This document shows, one piece after another, positions 1 through 8,859 of a DNA stretch of 60,360 nucleotides. Each line of letters begins with the position of its first letter. Position 1 is the first letter of the stretch. The stretch spans positions 1 to 60,360 of the forward strand of contig JAITTS010000097.1 of the NCBI GenBank assembly GCA_031286995.1, given 5' to 3'. The translations under genes and the position numbers were made by a program. A model generated the notes under the pieces. The model worked only from the letters and a program-made list of their open reading frames with translations. It did not search any database and was not told the origin of the DNA. This DNA comes from Oscillospiraceae bacterium. GTDB taxonomy: Bacteria > Bacillota > Clostridia > Christensenellales > Aristaeellaceae.

Positions 1-800
1 ACCAACAGTGTCTCGGTCAGCGCATCCCGGGTGGTGCCCGGCGCGTCGGTGACGATGGCGCGATCCTCCTGCAACAGCGCGTTGAGCAGGGTGGATTTAC
101 CCACGTTGGGCCGCCCGGCGATCACCACATCCAGCCCCTGCAACAGCAGCTTGCCCGCGAGGGGATCGCAGGCCGCCCGCAGATCGCCGGCCAAGGCCAG
201 CGCATCCCGGCTGAGCCCGGCGGCGGCAGGGGCTTCCTCTACCTCATCGGGGAAATCCAATGCCGCTTCCAGCGCGGTCAGCATGGCTGTCAGCCGGGCT
301 CTGGCCGCATAGACAAAACGGGAAAGCCCGCCCTGCAACTGGCGCAGCGCCTGCCGGGCCGCCCACTGCCCCTGCGCGCCTACCAGGGCCATGGTCGCCT
401 CTGCCTGGGCGAGATCAATGCGGCCGTTGCGGAAAGCCCGGCGGGTGAACTCGCCGGGCTCTGCGGGGCGCGCCCCGGCACACACCAGCGCATCCAGAGC
501 TCGGGCAACGACCCAGGGCCCGCCGTGGCAGTGCAGCTCCGCCACATGCTGGCGGGTATAGCTGCGCGGGGCGCGCATGACCACGGCCATGGCTTCATCC
601 AACGTCTCCCCGTCCGCTGTCACGCGGCCGTAGGTCAGGCGGTGACTGGGCCAGGCCGATACGGGCAGGCCATCTGCGGCGGTAAACACCCGGCCCAGCA
701 CCGCCGGCGCATCGGGCCCGCTGAGGCGTAGGATGGCCACGCCCCCGGTACCGGGCGGCGTGGCCGGGGCCACAATGGTATCCGTATCCGGCGCGGTCAT
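1..800 (-). CDS. mnmE: tRNA modification GTPase MnmE, N-terminal ~266 codons; the 3' end runs off the left edge
   Basis: My own minus-strand translation from the ATG at 800-798 gives [31 protein letters not shown]. The P-loop [15 protein letters not shown] and the TDAPGTTRD motif lie at about 130-20. It is absent from the ORF track because there is no stop in the window. Its ATG overlaps the stop of the upstream gene (ATGA). Confidence 0.9.
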   Translation of the reverse strand, partial: MTAPDTDTIVAPATPPGTGGVAILRLSGPDAPAVLGRVFTAADGLPVSAWPSHRLTYGRVTADGETLDEAMAVVMRAPRSYTRQHVAELHCHGGPWVVARALDALVCAGARPAEPGEFTRRAFRNGRIDLAQAEATMALVGAQGQWAARQALRQLQGGLSRFVYAARARLTAMLTALEAALDFPDEVEEAPAAAGLSRDALALAGDLRAACDPLAGKLLLQGLDVVIAGRPNVGKSTLLNALLQEDRAIVTDAPGTTRDALTETLL

Positions 801-1162
801 AACGCGGCCTCCCGCAGTTCCCGCTGGCGTTTTTTAGAGAGCGTGGCCAGCAGGCTGTCGTAGGCGCCATCCAGCAGCTGGCGCATCAGGTCATCGGGCA
901 CCTCGCCCGCGCGCAGCACGGAGATCCAGTGGCGCTTATCCGTGTAGTAGCCGGGGGTGATATCCGGGTAAGCGGCGCACAGGGCCTCGCCCCAATCCGG
1001 CGCGCATTTGAGGGTGAGGATGGGCTCACCCGCCTTGTTGCCGCCCTGGGCGGCGAACATTTTGCCATCCACCATAAAGCGCACCATATCCCACGCCACT
1101 TTGTAATCCCGCGTGACGCCGGGCTTGGCGAGCAACTGCTCATCCATCCAATCGTAGCGCAT
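797..1162 (-). CDS. MmcQ/YjbR-family DNA-binding protein
   Basis: 121-aa ORF. The translation ([25 protein letters not shown]...TLKC...[10 protein letters not shown]) has the typical YjbR/MmcQ pattern and size. Confidence 0.7.
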   Translation of the reverse strand: MRYDWMDEQLLAKPGVTRDYKVAWDMVRFMVDGKMFAAQGGNKAGEPILTLKCAPDWGEALCAAYPDITPGYYTDKRHWISVLRAGEVPDDLMRQLLDGAYDSLLATLSKKRQRELREAAL

Positions 1163-1186
1163 GCCGCGTCTCCTTTCATTTGCCGC

Positions 1187-2155
1187 TTATCGCCAACCCG
1201 CCCGGCCCGGCGCGGCCAACAACAGGTCGCCCTCACACTCCAGCTTGATGCGAGGGCTGCCGGCGGGGATAAACACGCTATCCCCCGGGCTGAAGGCGAG
1301 CGCACCACCGGGATAGGCCAGCCAGCCCGCGCACAGGGCGGTCAGCAGGCGAAAGCGCTGAGGCGAGACCTCCAGCGGCATGCTGCCCTGCACCTGCAGG
1401 CGATCCAGTGTAAAAGCATCGCAGCAGACCAGCCGGGTGCGTCGGCCGCCCGTGGATCGCCGCTCTTCTCCTGCGCAGGGGGATAATTGCAGCGCGGGAT
1501 CCATGACAGCCAGCGCGTCATGCAGGTGCAGGGCGCGAGGGTTACCCGCCGCGTCACGCCTGCCCCAATCCCACAGCCTGTAGGTGAGATCGCTGGATTG
1601 CTGCACCTCGTAGAGCAGAATGCCCGCGCCGATGGCGTGCACCATGCCTGCGGGGATAAAGAAGGCATCCCCCGCTTGCACGGGCACGGAGCGCAGGCAA
1701 CCCTCCAGCGCCGCGCCGGCGCGCGCCGCATCCCGCAGTTGCCGCACGGTGAGGCCCGGCTGGGTGCCGTAGATGATGCGCGCGCCGGGCTGCGCGTGCA
1801 GGATAACCCAGGCCTCTGTCTTGCCCAGCTTGCCGGGCGCGTGGGCCGCGGCGTAAGCGTCGTTGGGGTGCACCTGCACGGAGAGACTCTCTCTGGCGTG
1901 GATGAGCTTGAGCAGCAGAGGGCATGTGCCGCCTACTTGCGTGCCCCGAAAGGCTTCTCCGCCCGCCTGCCAGCGCGCGCCAAAGGGCACGCCATCCGGA
2001 TCCAGGCTTTCAAGCCCCGACAGGGCGGATACCTCCAGGCTTTCGCCGGTGGCGGTGTCGGGGATGGGCTTGCCAAACACTGTAGCCAGGGCATCCCCTC
2101 CCCAAGGGGTCTCCGCCCCGTGGCGATAGACGGGTGTGGATTTAAACGGCAGCAT
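1187..2155 (-). CDS. manA: Class I mannose-6-phosphate isomerase
   Basis: 322 aa with the cupin motifs SVQVHPND, GKTEAWVIL and PAGMVHAIGAGILLYEVQQSSDLTYRLWDW. An AAGGA RBS sits 7 nt upstream. Confidence 0.85.
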   Translation of the reverse strand: MLPFKSTPVYRHGAETPWGGDALATVFGKPIPDTATGESLEVSALSGLESLDPDGVPFGARWQAGGEAFRGTQVGGTCPLLLKLIHARESLSVQVHPNDAYAAAHAPGKLGKTEAWVILHAQPGARIIYGTQPGLTVRQLRDAARAGAALEGCLRSVPVQAGDAFFIPAGMVHAIGAGILLYEVQQSSDLTYRLWDWGRRDAAGNPRALHLHDALAVMDPALQLSPCAGEERRSTGGRRTRLVCCDAFTLDRLQVQGSMPLEVSPQRFRLLTALCAGWLAYPGGALAFSPGDSVFIPAGSPRIKLECEGDLLLAAPGRAGWR

Positions 2156-2185
2156 AGCGGCATCCTTTCCGGGGGGATAGGCAAC

Positions 2186-3400
2186 TTATCTCAGCGGCGG
2201 CCAGCCGCCCGCCTGCAGCGCTTGGGTATCCACGGCGCAGAGGCGATAGAGCAGGCGCTGGCCATCGTCTATGGCGCGCAGAGTCAGCAAGCGCCCGTCT
2301 TGCGCCCACAGGGTGGGCAGATAATCCCCGTGGGGGGTCAAGCGCAGGGTGCGCCCCAGATCAAAGGTATAACAGCACAGATCCCCATTCTCGTGGCAGG
2401 CGTAGACGCCTTCCGGGCGAAGCAACAGGGCTTCTATCCCCGCATCAATTGCGCGGGGCACCCCGTCCTTCAGCAGCATCAACTCGCCCCAGAGCCCCGG
2501 GACGGCGCCGGGATCCGGCGGCTCTTCCTCAGCTGTGGCCTGGTCGCCCTGGGCATCCCCTCCCACGGGGGCGAGGGCGGGCGCGCCCTGCCGCCACAGC
2601 ACCCTGCCGCCGCCACTGCGGGCATCCGCGGGCATGGCGGATATGGCCCAAGCGGCCAGGTTTTCGCCCGTCCGTACATCCAAGAGGCACAACTGCCAGC
2701 CCGATTGCACTGACCATGCGCCCACCGTCCACACGCCGGCAGATACCTGGGGGCCCAGCCAATCCACGGGTACAGCGCGCCGGGCCAGGGCGCGGGGTTT
2801 CTCGCCCGGTGAAAGGGTCATCAGCGTCACCTCGCGGCAAGCGCCATCCGCTGCCCGGGTTTGCTCGCTGTCGGATTCGTACCAGTACACCTGCGTGCCG
2901 TCGGTGGTGAGGCTGGGGGCCACTGTGCTGCGCGCGTAGGGATCGCTTCGCACCAGTTCCGCCCGCCGGGTTTGCGCCCGCCAGGTGCGGATGCGCCAGC
3001 CCACGGGCTGATCCGGGTATCGCTCTGCCCAGTACAGTTGCCCCGCGCAGTACACCGGCGTGTGGATCTCTACCCCCCGGCGGGCCTCGTAGAGCAAGGT
3101 GACGGTGTCTCGGGCCAGATCAAAGGCCCATAGTGCATCCGCCGCGTCGCCATCAGGTAACCGGCGCCGGCCGGATACCACGGCCACATCCTCCCAGGCC
3201 GTCACCTGGCGCAGGGAGAGGGTCGCCTCATCCGGCGTGTAGAGGCGCGCATGCAGCGCCGCCTGGGGCGCGGCGGCCGTTGCGGGCAGGCCGGGCGGCA
3301 GTGTGGCGGCGGGGGCCGCCAGGCAGGGCGACGCCCACAGGCACAGCGTCAAGAGCGCCCCGCACGCGCGATCCACGGGCCTCATTCCCCCATGCATCAT
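2186..3400 (-). CDS. Secreted hypothetical protein with an N-terminal signal peptide
   Basis: 404-aa ORF with a hydrophobic leader ALLTLCLWASPCLAAPA. W/Y-rich repeats (QLYWAERY, TQVYWYES) suggest a beta-rich fold, but I recognise no family. It is tightly packed between the sortase gene and manA. Confidence 0.5.
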   Translation of the reverse strand: MMHGGMRPVDRACGALLTLCLWASPCLAAPAATLPPGLPATAAAPQAALHARLYTPDEATLSLRQVTAWEDVAVVSGRRRLPDGDAADALWAFDLARDTVTLLYEARRGVEIHTPVYCAGQLYWAERYPDQPVGWRIRTWRAQTRRAELVRSDPYARSTVAPSLTTDGTQVYWYESDSEQTRAADGACREVTLMTLSPGEKPRALARRAVPVDWLGPQVSAGVWTVGAWSVQSGWQLCLLDVRTGENLAAWAISAMPADARSGGGRVLWRQGAPALAPVGGDAQGDQATAEEEPPDPGAVPGLWGELMLLKDGVPRAIDAGIEALLLRPEGVYACHENGDLCCYTFDLGRTLRLTPHGDYLPTLWAQDGRLLTLRAIDDGQRLLYRLCAVDTQALQAGGWPPLR

Positions 3401-3408
3401 ACCGCGCG

Positions 3409-5913
3409 CTATCGGGCTATGCCCACAAGGCGCCCGCGTACCACGATGCGGCGGCCGTGGGAAACGCCCTGGTACTCTTGGCAGGACATCAGGGTGAGGG
3501 CGGGATAACCCACGGAGAAGGTGGTCGTCCAGTCATCTTGTTCTATGACGGCTACGTTGTCCACAATGTAGCGGAAGGAACCCAGCGTGCGGGTGTGCAA
3601 CAGGATGATATCGTTGGGCTTGACCAGGTTGAACTTGCTGAAGAAGGCGGAGGAGCCTGTGCGGTGCGCAGCCATGGTGATGTTGGTGTTGGCGTTGGGC
3701 GCGCCCACGCGGGGGAAGAGCGCCGCGCCCTTGCGCATGGATTTGTACATCTGCTCGAAGGTGACGTTGGTAAAGCAGCCCACTTTCATGCCGATGGATG
3801 GCATCTCCAGCAGATAGATGGCCTCGGTTTCGCCCACCATGCCGGATGAACGCAGGTGGACGTAGCGTTCAATATCCCCCTGATCCATGTGGGCGGCCAT
3901 GTAATCCAACACGTTGAGCACCTGGTCGCCCAGCAGCACCAACTCATCCATGCCCTGGTGCAGAATGTCGCGGGTTGCGCTGGCGCGGAAGGGCGCTATC
4001 TTGGCCAGTGCCTCCAAGGCGGTACCCAGTGCGGACATGTCGCGCAGCAACAGCACGCTACCCTCCATCATCTGTACATCGTGCGCGACGCCGCCGGCAT
4101 CCAGGATGGACACGGGGCGGAGGGACACGCTTGGCAAGGCCTGGAAGGCGCCGATGAGGTTGGTCACCGCCGTAAACTGGGTGTTGATGCTCTGCAGGGT
4201 CAGCTTGTCATCCACTTCTATGATCCGGCGTTCATCCCCGCTGCGGCGAGCGGCGTTGGCAGCCTTGGTGTAAGCCTCGCCAAAGGCGGCAGTCAGGATA
4301 TTGGTCTGCTCCAGGATGCGGTCAAAGTCCTCATAGAACACGGGGGCGGCATCCCGCAGCAGGGGTTGCCCCCGCTCTACGCCGGAAATGGAACCGATGT
4401 CCGCGGTATCTTCCTCAGCCGGGAGGGTGGCGGGGCTGTCATCCTGCGTCACCGGTGCGCCGGGCTGGGGCGTAAACGTCTGCGCGGAGGGATCGCCTTG
4501 CTGCTGCGGCTCTTGGCTCTGCCCGGCAACGCCGCCTTGCGTGGGGGATGCACTCTGTGCAGGCGCTGTGCCCTGTGCGGGGTTGACCTGAGTGGGCGCA
4601 GGCGTCGCCTGCGGTACGGCCTCTGGCGGCAGCAACACGGGCTGCGGCAGGGTGACGAGGGTACCGTCGCCAAGCTCTACGAGACTGCGAGCCTGCGCTT
4701 CGGTGGTGCCGTCGGGCAGAGTGGCCGTGGACACCTCTTGGGTAATGACCACGCCGCCGGGCAGGGTGATGGGCGGTTCTTGCGGGGGCAGCACGGTGCC
4801 ATCCGGCAGGGTGATGGACAGCATGGCCTTAGGTTCCTGTGTGGGTTGACCGGCGGTCTGCGGGGCCGCTGTGGCTTGCGCTGCTGATATAGCCGTGGCC
4901 GGCGGGGCAAGCGTGGCTTGTGCGGTGGCGGTAGCCTGCGGGGCAAGCGTGGCCTGTGCGGTGGCTGTGGCCTGAGGAGGAAGCGTGGCCTGTGGGGCGG
5001 CTGTGGCCTGTGCGGTGGCAGTGGCTTGCGAGGCAAGCGTGGCCTGTGCGGTGGTTGTGGCCTGCGGGGCAAGCGTGACCTGTGCGGTGGCCGTGGCCTG
5101 CAGGGCAAGCGTGGCCTGTGCGGTGACCATGGCCTGCGGCGCGATCGTCACCCGGGCGGCGGGTGTGGGCTGCGCGCCTGCCGTGGGTTGAAGGGACGGC
5201 GCAGGCGTTACAAAAATTGGGGCGATGACGGTGCCGTCGCTGAGCACAATGGTGCCGTCGACCGACACGCTGGTGCCATCCGGCAGCAGCAGCGAACTCT
5301 CCACGGGGGGCAACTGGGTGCCATCCGGCAGGCGGACGGTGGGCGGGGCTTGAAAGACTGTGGGGCCGGGCGTAGGGCCGGGCATCTGCGCGCCCGGCTG
5401 TGAACGGGCGGCGGGCTGCGCGCCCAGGGCGGCCAGCTCCGGCACCTCGGCCAGTACCTCCGGGCTCCAGGTAGCGGATGCCCCGCCCGGCGCCGCCCCG
5501 ATGGGCCGCAGGGTAGGGATGGGGGTGGCCTTTGTGATACCAATCAGCTGACCTACCGCATTCAGGGGATTATCCAGGGTGTCCTCATCCAGCCAGGATT
5601 CCAGCAGACCCAAGGGGTTGCCTGCGTTTTTCTTTTCTTCCGCCGTCCACTTGGGCGGCTCTACCACCGGCATGGATGCGATATCCACGGGTTCAAAATC
5701 CGTCTCATCCCGATGGATGGGCAATTCCTTTTCTAGCTGGGCGACCACGGCGTCTTTCTCTACCTGGCTGATCTGCGTGAGCACAAAGGGGTAGGCAATC
5801 ACCGCCACGCCGACCAATATCAGCAGGACGATCAAAAAGGTGAGGAAGCCCCCTCCCTTTTTTTTCTTCCGACGCACCTTATCCTGTTGCTGTTCTTTGC
5901 GGGCCATGGGCAT
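3409..5913 (-). CDS. Sortase-domain protein with a very long N-terminal ectodomain (about 830 aa)
   Basis: The C-terminal ~190 aa carries the sortase catalytic triad context: MAAHRT (His), LTLMSCQ (the TLxTC-type Cys) and VVRGRL (Arg). The N-terminus has a basic stretch and one TM helix (FLTFLIVLLILVGVAVIAYPF), as in sortases. I trimmed the start to ATG 5913 or 5907, which has a GGAAG RBS; the track ORF begins at 5976. Confidence 0.75.
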   Translation of the reverse strand: MPMARKEQQQDKVRRKKKKGGGFLTFLIVLLILVGVAVIAYPFVLTQISQVEKDAVVAQLEKELPIHRDETDFEPVDIASMPVVEPPKWTAEEKKNAGNPLGLLESWLDEDTLDNPLNAVGQLIGITKATPIPTLRPIGAAPGGASATWSPEVLAEVPELAALGAQPAARSQPGAQMPGPTPGPTVFQAPPTVRLPDGTQLPPVESSLLLPDGTSVSVDGTIVLSDGTVIAPIFVTPAPSLQPTAGAQPTPAARVTIAPQAMVTAQATLALQATATAQVTLAPQATTTAQATLASQATATAQATAAPQATLPPQATATAQATLAPQATATAQATLAPPATAISAAQATAAPQTAGQPTQEPKAMLSITLPDGTVLPPQEPPITLPGGVVITQEVSTATLPDGTTEAQARSLVELGDGTLVTLPQPVLLPPEAVPQATPAPTQVNPAQGTAPAQSASPTQGGVAGQSQEPQQQGDPSAQTFTPQPGAPVTQDDSPATLPAEEDTADIGSISGVERGQPLLRDAAPVFYEDFDRILEQTNILTAAFGEAYTKAANAARRSGDERRIIEVDDKLTLQSINTQFTAVTNLIGAFQALPSVSLRPVSILDAGGVAHDVQMMEGSVLLLRDMSALGTALEALAKIAPFRASATRDILHQGMDELVLLGDQVLNVLDYMAAHMDQGDIERYVHLRSSGMVGETEAIYLLEMPSIGMKVGCFTNVTFEQMYKSMRKGAALFPRVGAPNANTNITMAAHRTGSSAFFSKFNLVKPNDIILLHTRTLGSFRYIVDNVAVIEQDDWTTTFSVGYPALTLMSCQEYQGVSHGRRIVVRGRLVGIAR
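4900..5145 (-). repeat. In-frame 36-bp tandem repeat (about 6-7 units) encoding QATATAQATLAP-type 12-aa repeats inside the sortase gene
   Basis: Plus-strand units of the form ggcaagcgtggcctgtgcggtggctgtggcctgcgg recur at about 4905, 4941, 5033, 5069 and 5105, with point variants and one irregular unit. Confidence 0.85.
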
Positions 5914-6027
5914 CTTCCTTTCATGCCGCATCACGGTACAGTGTTTGCTGCAACGATCTATTTTTTTATTATACATGAAGAGGGTTGCTTCAAAAATTAA
6001 ATTTTATATAATGTTTTGATGGGGGAG

Positions 6028-7044
6028 CTATCGGGGACGCGGGCAGAGCCCCACTTTTTTGTACACCTTTTCCAAGGTGCGGCGGGCGATGCGGTCCGCC
6101 TGATCCGCGCCCTGGGCCAGCACCTGTTCCAAGTAGGGTTTGTCGGCCATCAGCGCGTCAAACCGGGCCTGCATGGGGGATAGGGTATCCACCACCGTTT
6201 GGGCCACCGCATCTTTGAGCGCGCCGTAGCCCATGCCGGCTAGCGCCGCCGCGCAATCGGCCACGCTGTTGCCCTGCAGCGCGGCGAGGATGGTCAGCAG
6301 GTTGGATACGCCCGGCTTGGTTTGCGGATCGTATCGTATCTCACCATCGCTGTCCGTCACCGCGCGCTTGATTTTGCGCCGCACCACATCCGGGCGATCC
6401 AGCAGGGAGATGTAGGTATCCTCCGCGTCGGATTTGGACATTTTGTGCGCGGGATCCTGCAGGCTGTAGACTCGCGCACCGTTGGGGGCTATGTAAGGCT
6501 CCGGCACGGTGAAAGCGCCGGGGTACAGACCGTTGAAGCGCAGAGCCACATCCCGGCAGATCTCTACGTGCTGCTTTTGATCCGCGCCCACAGGTACCAG
6601 GTGGGCCTGGTAGAGCAGGATATCCGCGGCCATCAACACAGGGTAAGCGAACAATCCGGCGTTGATGTTATCCGCGTGGCGGGCGGATTTTTCTTTAAAC
6701 TGTGTCATGCGCGAAAGCTCGCCCATGTAGGTGTAGCAGCTGAGCACCCAGTTCAACTCCGCGTGGCCGCTGACATGGGATTGCAGAAAGAGTACGGTTT
6801 GGGCTGGATCCAGCCCCACGGCGAGCAGCAACGCCAGCATCTCCAGCGATTGTTTGCGCAGAGCGGCCGGGCTTTGGCGGACGGTGAGGGTGTGCAAATC
6901 CACCACGCAGTAGATGCAGCGGTAATCCTGCTGCATGCGCTGCCAGTGGCGCATGGCCCCGATATAGTTGCCCAGCGTCGGTGTACCGGAAGGCTGTATG
7001 CCCGAAAAAATAATTTGTTTCTGGGGTGCGGTGGGTTCCTGCAT
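6028..7044 (-). CDS. trpS: Tryptophan--tRNA ligase
   Basis: The translation from MQEPTAPQKQIIFSGIQPSGTPTLGNYIGA includes KMSKSD. A GAGGAGG RBS precedes ATG 7044. The 71-codon upstream extension in the track ORF is not TrpRS-like. Confidence 0.93.
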   Translation of the reverse strand: MQEPTAPQKQIIFSGIQPSGTPTLGNYIGAMRHWQRMQQDYRCIYCVVDLHTLTVRQSPAALRKQSLEMLALLLAVGLDPAQTVLFLQSHVSGHAELNWVLSCYTYMGELSRMTQFKEKSARHADNINAGLFAYPVLMAADILLYQAHLVPVGADQKQHVEICRDVALRFNGLYPGAFTVPEPYIAPNGARVYSLQDPAHKMSKSDAEDTYISLLDRPDVVRRKIKRAVTDSDGEIRYDPQTKPGVSNLLTILAALQGNSVADCAAALAGMGYGALKDAVAQTVVDTLSPMQARFDALMADKPYLEQVLAQGADQADRIARRTLEKVYKKVGLCPRPR

Positions 7045-7247
7045 GGTGTGCCTCCTCTGTGCTGCCGTGCGGTGCAGGGCTGTACACCAAATGTACCATA
7101 AACCCCACGTCTCTGCAAGATCGGCTTTCCGCCTTTTTGGGTGTATTTGGGTGCATTGCTTTTTTTGTCGCCTTCCGTTATGATAGAGAAAATACCGGCT
7201 GCGCGACCCGCGCCGCGTCAACTTCATCACGGAGGAGGGGGTTCTCC

Positions 7248-8849
7248 ATGCGCGCATCCGGCCGCATTGCGCACGGCACGCTCTTTGTGCTATCCGGCGT
7301 AGCGCTTACGCTCACGCTCTCCCTTGGCTACAGCCTGGTGGGTACGCTGGCGGGCCTGGCGCTGTGCCTGCCGGTCTACGCGCTGCTGGCCTGGCGCTAC
7401 CGCCTGCCGGATGCCGCCGCGCGCACGGGTGGGCTGCGCCCCGTGTGGCGCGCGCTGGCCCTGGCCGGGGCTGCGCTGTGCACGTTTTATTTTTCTTTGG
7501 CGTTTGCCAATGACGCCGCGCCGCGCTTTCCGGCGCTGACCGGCGGATGGTTTTGGGCTGTGGTAGGCGGGGGTTTTGCGCTGTCGCTGTATGCGGCCTA
7601 TGTGCTGTTGTGTGCCCTGCTGCGCACCGCGCTGCCCGTCCTGGGCCGCTTTTTGGGTAGCCTGACCACGTACGAGATGCTCTACTGGGTGCTGTGGACG
7701 GCCCTGGTATCCGCTTGTGTGCTGTGGGTGTACCACGGCTCTCTGGCCTTTGATACCCCGTTGTACCGAGATGGCATGCGCCATGTATCCGTACCTTGGA
7801 ACGCCGTGTACTCTCTGGATACCCCGTCTCTGATAGGCGACTTTACGGCGCCCGGCTACGCGGAGATTCGCCACCCCCTATTTTCGCTGCTGGCCTTTCC
7901 CGTGGGCCTTGCGGCGCGGCAGTGGGGCAAGCTGGTGGGCGCGGCCGCGCCTTATGCCCAGGCTGCGCTGCTGGCTGTGGCAGGCGCGGCGATGCTGGGG
8001 GCCTGCGCGGTGCTGTTGGCCCGCCGTGTGCGGAGCCCCTGGATGCTGGCGCTCTACTCCCTCTCCCATCCGGTGTTGGTGTATGCGCTGTGTGTGGAGC
8101 GCTACCAGTTATCCGTGTTTCTGCTGATTGTGACGGCCAGCGCCCCGGCCTGGGATGAGGGTCGCGCCCGGCGCTATGGTCCATTGATCGCCGCCGCCGG
8201 CGCCACGGCCACATCGGTGCTGCTGGCCCCGGCCCTGGCGGATGCACGGCGCCCGCTGCGTTGGCTGCGAGAAATGGCGCTGGCCGCCCTGTGGGCGCTG
8301 GGGATGCTGGCGGTGCTGGGCCGGGGCGGGCTGCTGCTGGATGCCCCGGCGCGCGTGGCCGCACTGCTGGCTGAGCATGCGGCGCCGATGAGCCTGGCGG
8401 AACGCCTGGCACAGTACAGCCGCTTTGTGACCGCATGCTTTGCCGCCATCCCTTACGGCGTGGCGCAGGCCCCTTGGCCCAGCCTCACCTGGTTGCCCGC
8501 GACGGGTGTGGATTGGGTGGGCGTTGCGCTCTTTACCCTGTGTGCCCTGGGCCTGGCGCTGAATTTTCGGCAGCGCTTTGCCCGCATCTGTGGCTGGTGG
8601 ATGGGCTGCTCCATCTTGCTGCTGCCGGTACTGGGATGGGGTGCAGGCGAGTTTCCCTTCTTCAGTTTCTATTTCTCTTGGGCCGCCGTATCCCTGGCCT
8701 TTCTGGGCATATGTGGCCTGCTGGCCAAGACCAAGGCCCTGCGCGCGGTCGCGCTGATGCTGGCTGTGGCCGCCTTGGTTTGGTTCAATTACCCGGCCAT
8801 ACGCGATCTGTTGGCGTTCGCATTGCGGGCCTATCCGCGGGGCTGGTGA
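7248..8849 (+). CDS. Polytopic integral membrane protein (about 12-14 TM segments), possibly a GT-C-fold glycosyltransferase
   Basis: 533 aa from ATG 7248, which follows a GGAGGAGGGGG RBS. The sequence is a continuous run of hydrophobic helices with short R-rich loops. I recognise no soluble domain. Its stop abuts the next gene. Confidence 0.6.
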   Translation: MRASGRIAHGTLFVLSGVALTLTLSLGYSLVGTLAGLALCLPVYALLAWRYRLPDAAARTGGLRPVWRALALAGAALCTFYFSLAFANDAAPRFPALTGGWFWAVVGGGFALSLYAAYVLLCALLRTALPVLGRFLGSLTTYEMLYWVLWTALVSACVLWVYHGSLAFDTPLYRDGMRHVSVPWNAVYSLDTPSLIGDFTAPGYAEIRHPLFSLLAFPVGLAARQWGKLVGAAAPYAQAALLAVAGAAMLGACAVLLARRVRSPWMLALYSLSHPVLVYALCVERYQLSVFLLIVTASAPAWDEGRARRYGPLIAAAGATATSVLLAPALADARRPLRWLREMALAALWALGMLAVLGRGGLLLDAPARVAALLAEHAAPMSLAERLAQYSRFVTACFAAIPYGVAQAPWPSLTWLPATGVDWVGVALFTLCALGLALNFRQRFARICGWWMGCSILLLPVLGWGAGEFPFFSFYFSWAAVSLAFLGICGLLAKTKALRAVALMLAVAALVWFNYPAIRDLLAFALRAYPRGW

Positions 8850-8859
8850 GGTGATACAC

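Noticed and set aside
3900-5400. The recurring LPDGT pentapeptides in the sortase ectodomain, considered as possible sorting signals.
   Set aside because: The canonical signal is LPxTG followed by a hydrophobic segment and a basic tail at the protein's C-terminus. LPDGT has Gly and Thr swapped, is internal, and has no following TM segment.
7045-7247. A possible T-box leader upstream of trpS, which is common for Firmicute tRNA synthetase genes.
   Set aside because: The minus-strand leader contains only a partial resemblance (GGGGTTTATGGTACATTTGG) to the conserved T-box GGGTGGTACCGCG. It has no adjacent terminator with a U-tract. I cannot support a T-box call without a covariance-model search.
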